A DNA stretch of 64,000 nucleotides, from NCBI GenBank assembly GCA_951406725.2, contig OX597815.1, positions 66,898,001 through 66,962,000 of the forward strand, read 5' to 3'. The first letter of the stretch is position 1, and each line of letters opens with the position of its first letter. This DNA comes from Octopus vulgaris (taxonomy: Eukaryota). Shown piece by piece: positions 1 through 9,660 of the stretch. The position numbers and the translations under genes were made by a program. The notes under the pieces are model-generated. The model had not been told where the DNA came from. It searched no databases and was given only the letters and a program-made list of their open reading frames with translations.

Positions 1-111
1 TAGGGTAGACAGACTGTGGACAGATATGAGCAGCATATGGGAACCGGTATTAAGGATGGATAAAAATATATTAGATTTATAAGCCCTAAAATTCACCCCA
101 TAATTGCCCAC

Positions 112-195
112 GGGCATATGGCATAGTGGTTAAGAGCGTGGCCTACTAACCCCAAGATTCTGAGTTTGATTCCAAGCAGTGACCTGAACACTAAC

Positions 196-226
<31 letters not shown>

Positions 227-353
227 TCAAAAAATACCTTAGGAATGAGAACCCAGGTTTGCAATTTCCCTGAAGAAGGCTGCAGGGTATATCAGCCGAA
301 ACGTTAACAACAAACAAGAGTAGGACAAATATTCGTTGACTGTAAATAATGTA
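112..353 (+). mobile_element. tRNA-headed SINE-like element with (AAT)n spacer and hammerhead-like tail
   Basis: A-box-like TGGCATAGTGG (119-129), B-box-like GTTTGATTCC (164-173), (AAT)n at about 197-224, then CTGAAGA-A-GGCTG..CAGCC-GAAACGTT (270-305). Confidence 0.7.
270..305 (+). ncRNA. minimal hammerhead-ribozyme-like core (Penelope type), stem I apparently degenerate
   Basis: CTGAAGA core, stem II GGCTG/CAGCC, GAAA, self-complementary AACGTT; no stem I pairing found in this copy. Confidence 0.5.
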
Positions 354-1479
354 ATAAAAATCAATATTTTAGAAATAAGGGTATGACAGTAAATATAACT
401 AGAGTACAAAATCTACAAATGCAAGCATTGTATAAAATAACTTTTATATTGAGTTAGTTGAAACAGCCACTTATGTCAATATGACACGAATACAGAATAA
501 ACAGAAACTAGTGAGGCATTAATTTATTGTTAGTTAATAAATAGCTGAACTAAAACATGTCAGGCTCAAAATAAGAATTATCATTGCCAGAAGTGGCTTT
601 TGTTTTATTTTTACTATGTTGCAAAAAGTTGAAGAATATCAATATTACATAAGTTTTGGACAAGTAAAACATCATACTGGTAAGGGATAATTGAAAACCA
701 ATATATAAATTTACAGGTAAATAATTTGAATTATACACACATTATATATATATATATATATATACATATGCACATACCAGTTTTCAAGTGGACAAAGTAG
801 ATCAAAATTTTACCAGTGAATCAAGTGTGGTTATCTTCAGAAGCAAACAATATTTAAAAATTTGTCAAGAAAAAAAAGGCATCATTTTTGATATCTGACA
901 AGTAAATCTGAATAATTATGAAAGTAAGCAAAAAGTTTTATCCTTCTATGTTAATTTATTCTGGTTCTTATTACACAAAAGTGGAAGCAAAAACCATATA
1001 GAATGAATAAAAAGACTGCATTATACAATATATGGTCTCTGGTTTGAAATATTTCCAGTAAAATAAGAGCAGAGATGATAGTCTTAAATCCGAGACTTTC
1101 ACTATTTAAAACCGTAAAAAAGTTAATTGCTTATTAATTAGTGTATAGGAAACTAATCTAAATAGTAGATGTATGCATCAAACTCTTTTGAGATTGTGAA
1201 ATTTAAAAGGAAAAACAGAATTATAAATTAAAAAATAAATAAAATAAGGAGGGATTGATTGATGTTCAGTGTCTGTATGTAAAATATGGACAGACAGTAT
1301 TCCGGAAGACTGAAGTTAAAGGAAAGAATTGAGTAAAGTATTTAGAGTAAGGTCTAGGAAGTAAGAAAAGGAAGGTGAGGTAGAGCAGAGAAACTGGTAG
1401 GACAAGTGAATGTGAGTGGTAACAGTAGGAGTGGTGGCTATTGTAATAGCAATAAGGAGTAACAAAACATCTGAAAGTT

Positions 1480-1700
1480 AATGGTTGAATCTTTGCCAAT
1501 CAGTCAAATAAATGGTCTTCTTTTGATTCAGTCTTGAATGTTAAATGTGTGAAGTAACACATTCTTATACATAGATGTGAGAATACTCTAGTGTTGGTCT
1601 ATCTGAGGTTTGTAGTGCATTAGCAACTGATCAGGACTGCGGTATTTTTTGGTACCAAGTAGGAATCCTTGTATTTGAGATGTAGTTTTGGTAATGTTAT
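1480..1700 (-). mobile_element. degenerate LINE reverse transcriptase C-terminal fragment
   Basis: minus-strand translation KKYRSPDQLLMHYKPQ.. resembles the post-RT LLxxYKxxIRPxLEY region of jockey/CR1-group LINEs, with stops and frameshifts. Confidence 0.4.
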
Positions 1701-2159
1701 ATCATGATGCAAAGATAATCTAAAGGTTTCTGTTTATGGATTTGTGAACTGGTTATGTTATATGTAGATTGGAAGTTACTGGGTGTCTTTACTGGTGCTG
1801 ATGGCATTAAGGGTATCCAGCCACGGAAGCCACACCAAAGCTGACATTGGGCTTGATATAGCTCTGAGGCTTGCCGGATCCTGTCAAACCAGCTAACCCA
1901 TGAAAGCATGAAAAACTGATGTTAAATAATTAAAAATAGTTTTTTTTCCCTGAACAGTTTACTGTTTATTTTAATCAAGGATTAAAGAGATACAATCACT
2001 ATTTAAAATATAGCTAAGATTAAAAGGTAAGGAACATTCAAATATCTAAAGACAAGATACAGTACTAATTTTACTAATACTTTTCACAAAAACTGATTAA
2101 TTTTTCCTCATGCAAAGTTTTTTTTTTATATTACTTGTCAGTTAACACATGCTCATAAG

Positions 2160-2433
2160 TGTAATTTCGTGAAATATTCACGCTTATGTATGTGGCAGAT
2201 ATATGCAATTTAACTAAAGGTTGTATCATATGTATAGGATATTTTTTTGTTTATGGGAAAAATAAGAGTAAATATTTATTTTATGAGTGCTGTGTATTAA
2301 GTCTATAAAATTGTGCATAAAGTACATTCATACAGTCAACACAGGCTACGTTTTTAAGTTTTTGGATAAACTTTTCAAAAATAACCCAATAGGCTTACCA
2401 TTAATCCCGTGAAATATTCACAGGTACCGCTAG
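2160..2433 (+). mobile_element. Helitron-like non-autonomous element, 3' end
   Basis: subterminal hairpin CCGTGAAATATTCACAGG followed by CTAG (2430-2433); CGTGAAATATTCAC also at 2168; 5' end not defined. Confidence 0.45.
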
Positions 2434-2463
2434 CATATATACATATATATAATAAATAATGTG

Positions 2464-2494
<31 letters not shown>

Positions 2495-2592
2495 TGATAA
2501 AACGGTAAGATAACAAAAGAAAGAAAGGGACCTCAATATTATGTAAATAGAGGAAATTTATCTATACAATATGTTACATTACTCGGTAGTCA

Positions 2593-2655
2593 AGATAAAA
2601 CTCTGAGTTTCAGATGCCGAAGTGGAAATCCACAACACCATCTCTTCGGTTATCT
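2593..2655 (-). ncRNA. mirror copy of the pseudo-LTR hammerhead-like motif
   Basis: reverse complement of 4874-4936. Confidence 0.6.
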
Positions 2656-2829
2656 GGCTATTTGAAAACGTTATGAAAAAATACCGTTAAAAATGAAGGG
2701 AAATTACTCTGTTATAACTCTGCTTTGCCTGCGTACTTATACATCGCTCGCATTTTTCGTCATAAAAATTATATAAAAATACATAAAAATATATAAAATC
2801 TTCTTGGGACATAACACAGAAAGCATGTT

Positions 2830-3889
2830 CTATCCGTTTTCTTTAGGGGACCAAAAACGTAACAGAAATTTAGTCACATGTGGGCATGATCCGAAAAGCT
2901 CTGTCCTTGTATTTAGACATGTGGTAGGGTCTAAGCTGCTTTTCCAGATAAGCCATCTCTCCATGTCGCATAAACCGCACCTTCCGCTGCCGTTAGTGTA
3001 GGGCTTACATCTGGCCAAAATCTTCCATTGTATGTTATAATCGACACCTTTATCTCTTAAAGACCAAATATGATTGGATAATTGTGTCGCTTTTCTTTTG
3101 TTCCAGTGCCTAAAGCTCAAAGTGTGGTTATTGAACCTGGCCTTGAAATTACCCTCTGTCAGGCCCACGTATTTCTTCGTCGAAACGGTGTCTTTAGTGG
3201 TTATAGAGTTTACGGTAGCTTCATATATGATGGTCTTGGACATGCAAGCTCCATTTAGCGGGCACAATTCTTTATTCCTGCATGAACAGCTGTTTTCTTC
3301 TTGTGTTTTTTGTATGTTATGATTGATTATGTTTTTAAAATTGGTAGTTGAACTAAAACTAATTTTTAAATTGTGTCTATTGAAGAGTTTCCTATAAGCA
3401 TGGTTAACTGGAAAATGTCTATCTATCAGTGCTAGGAAATATTTACCTATATTGAAGGCCACCTCGGGTGAGTAAGGGGGCGTAAACCAGATGACCTTCC
3501 TATTTCTAATATTCCTTTTCCTTACTGTTGGGCTGGTGATAGGTGTATATTTTATTTTTCGCTAAAACCACTATCTTTTAAAGCTTTATTATAAACTGGG
3601 GCAACGCTATTGAAGATGTCCTCATTAGATGAGAGGCTAGAAATCCTCTTACTAATATTTTTAACTAAATTTTTGAATACTATAGGGGGATGGCATGAAC
3701 CTACATTAATATAACTTAGTCTATCATTGGGCTTCCTATAAGGCTTATAAATATTATTATTAAGATCTAAGGAAACGTCTAAGAAATTGACAACCGTCAG
3801 GTTAGTGTCTATAGTTATACTAAGTCCGAAGTGTTTCATTAACTGGATAATATCCTTCCTAAAACGATCTTGTGCTGGTCCATTTGTAT
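2830..3889 (-). pseudogene. Penelope-like ORF, RT thumb plus GIY-YIG endonuclease, 5'-truncated, 1-bp frameshift near 3553
   Basis: ORFs 3552-3962(-) and 2830-3462(-) join through a frameshift (GAAAAATAA versus GAAAAAATA in the other arm). Confidence 0.85.
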
Positions 3890-4710
3890 TAGTATTCAAA
3901 AATTTAGTTAAAAATATTAGTAAGAGGATTTCTAGCCTCTCATCTAATGAGGACATCTTCAATAGCGTTGCCCCAGTTTATAATAAAGCTTTAAAAGATA
4001 GTGGTTTTAGCGAAAAAATAAAATATACACCTATCACCAGCCCAACAGTAAGGAAAAGGAATAATAGAAATAGGAAGGTGGCCTTCAATATAGGTAAATA
4101 TTTCCTAGCACTGATAGATAGACATTTTCCAGTTAACCATGCTTATAGGAAACTCTTCAATAGACACAATTTAAAAATTAGTTTTAGTTCAACTACCAAT
4201 TTTAAAAACATAATCAATCATAACATACAAAAAACACAAGAAGAAAACAGCTGTTCATGCAGGAATAAAGAATTGTGCCCGCTAAATGGAGCTTGCATGT
4301 CCAAGACCATCATATATGAAGCTACCGTAAACTCTATAACCACTAAAGACACCGTTTCGACGAAGAAATACGTGGGCCTGACAGAGGGTAATTTCAAGGC
4401 CAGGTTCAATAACCACACTTTGAGCTTTAGGCACTGGAACAAAAGAAAAGCGACACAATTATCCAATCATATTTGGTCTTTAAGAGATAAAGGTGTCGAT
4501 TATAACATACAATGGAAGATTTTGGCCAGATGTAAGCCCTACACTAACGGCAGCGGAAGGTGCGGTTTATGCGACATGGAGAGATGGCTTATCTGGAAAA
4601 GCAGCTTAGACCCTACCACATGTCTAAATACAAGGACAGAGCTTTTCGGATCATGCCCACATGTGACTAAATTTCTGTTACGTTTTTGGTCCCCTAAAGA
4701 AAACGGATAG
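3787..4710 (+). CDS. Penelope-like GIY-YIG endonuclease ORF, inverted copy (element-derived, N-terminus chimeric)
   Basis: 307-aa ORF; genuine PLE sequence starts at about 3890; 33-bp in-frame deletion (IWFTPPYSPEV missing) relative to the left arm; open through the endonuclease domain. Confidence 0.75.
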   Translation: MTTVRLVSIVILSPKCFINWIISFLKRSCAGPFVLVFKNLVKNISKRISSLSSNEDIFNSVAPVYNKALKDSGFSEKIKYTPITSPTVRKRNNRNRKVAFNIGKYFLALIDRHFPVNHAYRKLFNRHNLKISFSSTTNFKNIINHNIQKTQEENSCSCRNKELCPLNGACMSKTIIYEATVNSITTKDTVSTKKYVGLTEGNFKARFNNHTLSFRHWNKRKATQLSNHIWSLRDKGVDYNIQWKILARCKPYTNGSGRCGLCDMERWLIWKSSLDPTTCLNTRTELFGSCPHVTKFLLRFWSPKENG

Positions 4711-4873
4711 AACATGCTTTCTGTGTTATGTCCCAAGAAGATTTTATATATTTTTATATATTTTTATGACGAAAAATGCGAGCGATGTATAAGTACGCAG
4801 GCAAAGCAGAGTTATAACAGAGTAATTTCCCTTCATTTTTAACGGTATTTTTTCATAACGTTTTCAAATAGCC

Positions 4874-4936
4874 AGATAACCGAAGAGATGGTGTTGTGGA
4901 TTTCCACTTCGGCATCTGAAACTCAGAGTTTTATCT
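4874..4936 (+). ncRNA. hammerhead-ribozyme-like motif in the Penelope pseudo-LTR (variant core)
   Basis: stem I AGATAA/TTATCT, core CCGAAG, stem II AGATG/CATCT enclosing a GTGGA/TCCAC hairpin, GAAA, stem III CTC/GAG, GTT cleavage triplet. Confidence 0.6.
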
Positions 4937-4965
4937 TGACTACCGAGTAATGTAACATATTGTAT

Positions 4966-4967
<2 letters not shown>

Positions 4968-5027
<60 letters not shown>

Positions 5028-5053
5028 ATATGTATATATGTATGTGTGTGTGT
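4968..5053. repeat. (TA)n/(TG)n microsatellite
   Basis: direct reading. Confidence 0.95.
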
Positions 5054-7764
5054 GCCTATAGGCATATGTGTGTACAGGATGTCACCAACTGCAAACAACA
5101 TGAAAAATGTAAACAAATGAGTTAAATACGTAAGCAAGAGAACAGAAATAGGAAACAGGATAAGTAAACACAGAGAAAGGATTTTTCATCAGTTGTCGGT
5201 TATCTATCTACTCATTTTGTGCATTCAACGACAATGAGTCTTCAAAAACAGTTGCTCCTATAAATTCTAAAATAAAATTTAGGATTTATGGAAGAAAAAC
5301 AGGATAGTGGAGACATACAAGGAAACCGAACGAAAACAAACATGGAGGGTCATTAGACCAGAATGAGAGGAAAATAGTGAATACTGGGAAAAATATTTTC
5401 TTTGAACATAGAAAAGATAGAAGAGAGAGAAAAAACGCCCAGTCTTTTGAACATCATACAGAAAAAGAAAGATGGTCAATGGTCACGTGTGAGCAACAAG
5501 AGAGAAATAGAAAGAAAATGGTGAAAGAGGGAGGAGGAGATATATATATATATATATTTATTTTAGATTTTTGATTGAATTTCTTATGAGTTGACATGGG
5601 ACCCCTTGACAACAATGTAAACTTCATTTGATTAAGTTATCTTTGGCCTAACAAGTAGCTAGCGAATTACCTCTTGTTTGGGTAATTACTACTTCCAAGG
5701 TTCGGCTAGATATGAAACATATGTAGCTTGGATTTTATCTGCTCCATTCCTTAATTTTGGATTTTTATTTGCATATACAGCAACCCCAGCAGCTAACCAT
5801 AAACTATAAAATAACTTTTGAACTTATTGAACTTTGATACAGGAAAAATTTATAACCTTCTCCATCAATAAACTACTATTGTTCCTGAAAGTTGCTTTTT
5901 ATACCTTCTACAGACTGCTTAAATCTTACTAACTTCTACACCTTGGTCCTTGGATCTTACCTTTACGTAACATATATCTATATATGCATGCATGTGCACA
6001 TGCACACACAAGCACTGCTGAATTATTAACAAGGTAATATGCTTCAATTATGTGTTATGCTTCCAGACAAAGTATATAGTACTGCTCATTTTAGGTTAGC
6101 TGAAAACAGGTACCAACCACCATTTCAAAAAGAGGTTTTGAATTAGAGGGTATCTGATTATTCAAAAATAAATGCTGCAAAAAGAATATAACACCATGAT
6201 ACTCATGCAAACTGAAAATATAAGTGAATGGATAAGATAGTTATTATATACAGTGATATATGATATCACAAATGGTTTAAGTATGTTTAAACAGTATGGT
6301 AATAGCTATTAGCTGTAAACGGATTACAAAAAACAGCTGCAACTAGGATAAAATGGAGATTTGGTTTTCTACTGAGATTGGTGGTGGAACTACCTTTACC
6401 TTTGATGAATCTTGACTATGTTTTCAAGTACTTGCTATATATTTTAGTGACAACTATCTGTACAAAGGGGGGTGGGTGGAGAGAAATAAATCTCAAAATC
6501 TAGCCTTGTTATATATTTATTAGTGGTTGACATTATGAAAGTATTTAGTCATAAAGAACAATAACTCCTTAGGCAGATATTTGAATTTGCAAACTTACTC
6601 ATATTTAGTTTCACTTTATGTCAGTAATGAATCTCATAACTCTTAGGATCACAGTAACACATACCCCTACAAGTTAGCTCAAGAAAGTCAGCTTCATAAT
6701 GCCCTTCCTTCTTTGAGCTCTACACACAGGAAATAATAAGCAAATAAAACATTCACCAAAAGTACAGGATTCATTACCCTTAACAATACTTCCTAGATAG
6801 GTGGGGAGCAAAAGAGAATGAGGAGGGAGGGATGGAGGAAAATGCCTTCAAACTGGAAACCTGGCCTGAATGCTTGCAACAGAGTGAATTCTGTTATAGT
6901 CATCCAAGGTGCCAAATGGCGGTTTAAAACAGGGTGATGGATTAACCCTGAGATTTGAATTCAAAACACGTAAGTATTGGAACAAATACTTTAAAAAGGG
7001 TCTGGTTTCATGTTTTCAGTTTCACCAATCTACAACAATGGACTGGTTCTTTACCGAACCTGAAAGAACAAAACAAAATTAATCTCAACTGAATTTGAAC
7101 TCAGAGCCCTGAGTGTCAGAAGAAATAAGTGAGGCATTCCATTTGATGCTCTAATGAATTTGCCACAGTCAGTTATAAGATCTCAGTAGAGATAGTGTAG
7201 TGTTGATGTTACTTAAATTTCAGTAACTCCTTGTACAATTATTTCCCCTCAGAACAGCATAACTTCAAACATTTTCTTTTCCAATCCCCAAGTTTACACA
7301 GACATCCCTATCACACTCAAGTCTGAGAGAAACTAAAAGAGTAACACAAACACTGTCTGTACTTGCCAGAGCCAGACAAATAATAAAAAGAAAGTATAAC
7401 TAAACCAAATATATATATGGTAAATGTATATTTTTACATAATATTCTGAATATTGGTAAAGTGTCAGTTTAATCTATAGTAGAGGAAATGACTAAATAGG
7501 TGCACGAAAACATTGGGATTTCAATAGGAAGTTTATTGAGAAAAATCAAAAAGGTATTAATACATCTTTCCCTCCCATCACTCATTTCATCCCGCAGAAC
7601 AAAATAAATAAATATATATATATATATTACATTATTTTTGTCTGAAGCTACTGTACAAAAACATATCCCCTCATCTTTTACATACAAGATGGACAGAGAT
7701 GGAAGAAGACTAGACTAAGAGGTTACAAAATAAACAGTGACCTATTGATTGCATGACTTTAGAG

Positions 7765-8049
7765 CTGTGCTTCTCAAACTTTTTTCATTCATGACCCATT
7801 TTTCATCACAAGATTTTATGTAATCCCAGGTATTAGATATGAAATAAAACATACAAATAAATAAATCATGTATTTTTTTTTTTTGCTGAATAGTATACAC
7901 ATAAAAAAAGTAGTTATATCATTTGTCAAAATAAAAGTAGCTTTAGCATTTGTGTGTTTGTGAAATAACATAAAAACTAAAATTCAAGTGTTTGAATTTA
8001 ATTTTTGTGATCCCATTTGGGGTTGTCACCCATAGTTTAAGAAGCACTG
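7765..8049. mobile_element. hAT (Charlie/Buster-type) MITE
   Basis: TIRs CTGTGCTTCTCAAAC / GTTTAAGAAGCACTG; perfect 8-bp TSD CTTTAGAG (7757-7764, 8050-8057). Confidence 0.85.
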
Positions 8050-8089
8050 CTTTAGAGAGATACAAAGAATATTATGATGATAATAAAAA

Positions 8090-8290
8090 TGGTCTCAAAT
8101 TTTGGTTCAAGGCCAGCAATTTTAAGGGAGGGGTAAGTCAATTACATTGACCCCAGTACTCAACTGGTACTTATTTTATTGACCCTGAAAGGATGAAAGG
8201 CAAAGTTTATCTCAGCAGAATTTGAACTTGGAACATAAATAGTTAGAATAAATGTTAAGTATTTTGTTAGATGTGCTAATGATTTTGTAA
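8090..8290 (-). mobile_element. SINE with Nin/Deu-like core
   Basis: minus strand contains TTTGCCTTTCATCCTTTCAGGGTCAATAAAATAAGTACC; related copies at about 7040-7160, 8310-8470, 33420-33630, 47310-47400, 54200-54370. Confidence 0.6.
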
Positions 8291-8655
8291 ACTCAATAAC
8301 TTTTAATAATGGTTTCTAATTTAGACACAAGACCAGAAATTTAGATGGAGGGGGTTAGTTGATACCATTGACCCCAGTTTTTGACTGGTACTTTATCAAC
8401 CCCAAAAGAATGGAAGGTAGACCTCAGCAGGATACAAACCCAGAATGTAAGGAACTAGAGGAAATACTCCAAGATATATTTGCTGAAGAATCCATTTCAG
8501 TAAAGGTCACACAGAACAAGAGTGGTGATAACTTTAAGAAGAATAGTAATGGTCATCATCATCGTTGTTTAACGTTCGCTTTCCATGCTGGCATGGGTTA
8601 GACGGTTTGACTGAGGACTGGCGAGCCAGAAGGCTGCACCAGGCTCCAATCTGAT

Positions 8656-9057
8656 CTACTCTTTTACTTGTTTCAGTCATTTGACTGTGGCCATGCTGGA
8701 GCACCGCCTTTAGTCGAGCAAATCGACCCCAGGACTTATTCTTTGTAAACCTAGTACTTATTCTATTGGTCTCTTTTACTGAACCACTAGGTTACAGGGA
8801 CGTAAACACACCAGTATTGGTTGTCAAGTGATGTTGGGGGGACAAACACAGACACACAAACATATGTACACGCACACATATATACATATATATGACGGGC
8901 TTCTTTCAGTTTCTGTCTACCAAATCCACTCACAAGGATTTGGTTGACCCAAGGCTATAGTAGAAGACACTTGCCCAAGGTGCCACGCAGTGCGACTGAA
9001 CCCGGAACCATGTGGTTCGCAAACAAGCTACTTACCACACAGCCACTCCTACGCCTA
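8656..9057 (-). mobile_element. tRNA-derived SINE (dominant family in the window), well-preserved copy
   Basis: head GGAGTGGCTGTGTGGTAAGTAGC..GGTTCAGTC..CACCTTGGGCAAGTGTCTTCTAC, internal (TA)/(TG) tract, tail GACTGAAACAAGTAAAAGAG; many related copies across the window. Confidence 0.85.
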
Positions 9058-9363
9058 AGTATCTACAGTTGGATGCCCTTCCCAATGGTGTTTATATATA
9101 TATATTCAGGTGGACAAAAGTGTGTTAGACCTCAGAAATTCAGGTTGACAAAAAGTTAGACCCTACATAATTTATAGAATTGGCTGCAAATTATCACAAT
9201 CACATTCAACAGTGATTATATCATAAATGATGATGATAGCTGGTTAAGAGATTCCAAGAAGATATCTGAGAATATGACAACAGGAATAGAAAAGTATTTA
9301 TGTATGTTTACATGAGTGAGTTTGGGTTCATACTTGAGGATTTGTGATTTTGTGTTTGTGACA

Positions 9364-9660
9364 GCATGCGACTTAGTGGTTTGGGTACTCAGCTCATGAT
9401 TGTAAGGTCATGTGTTTGATTCCTGGCAGCATGTTGTGTCTTTGAGCAAGACACTTTATTTCATCCAACTGCCAAAAATTGGTAGCACCTGTATTTCAAA
9501 AGGCCAGTCTTGTCACATTCTGTGTTACACTGAATCTCCCTGAGAACTATGTTAAGGGTACACATGTCTGCAGAATACTCAACCACTTGCATATTAATTT
9601 CACAAGCAGGCTGTTCTGTTGATTGGATCAATTGGAACCCTCGTTATCATAATCAATGGA
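9364..9660 (+). mobile_element. second tRNA-derived SINE family
   Basis: GACTTAGTGGTT..GTTTGATTCC..TTGAGCAAGACACTTTATTTC; related copy at about 46190-46400. Confidence 0.6.

Larger units (their letters stand above)
2494..4970. mobile_element. Penelope-like retroelement (C-terminal GIY-YIG, Hydra-clade-like), 5'-truncated, head-to-head inverted insertion in (TA)n
   Basis: arms 2559-3682 and 3890-4970 are near-perfect reverse complements; RT thumb (VNFLDVSL..PYRKP..SCHPP), CxCx5C linker (CSCRNKELC), GIY-YIG-like IIYE..KKYVGLTE..FKARF; (TA)n on both flanks. Confidence 0.92.

Noticed and set aside
112-185. Possible tRNA gene
   Set aside because: Acceptor stem does not close, B box is decayed and there is no poly-T terminator; treated as a SINE head
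2804-4736. Paired identical ORFs 2804/4539 and 3074/4218
   Set aside because: Antisense shadows of the Penelope ORF, duplicated by the palindrome
5083-5280. Minus-strand CTGATGA in a Penelope-like remnant
   Set aside because: No matching GAAA box or stem II found, so not called a hammerhead
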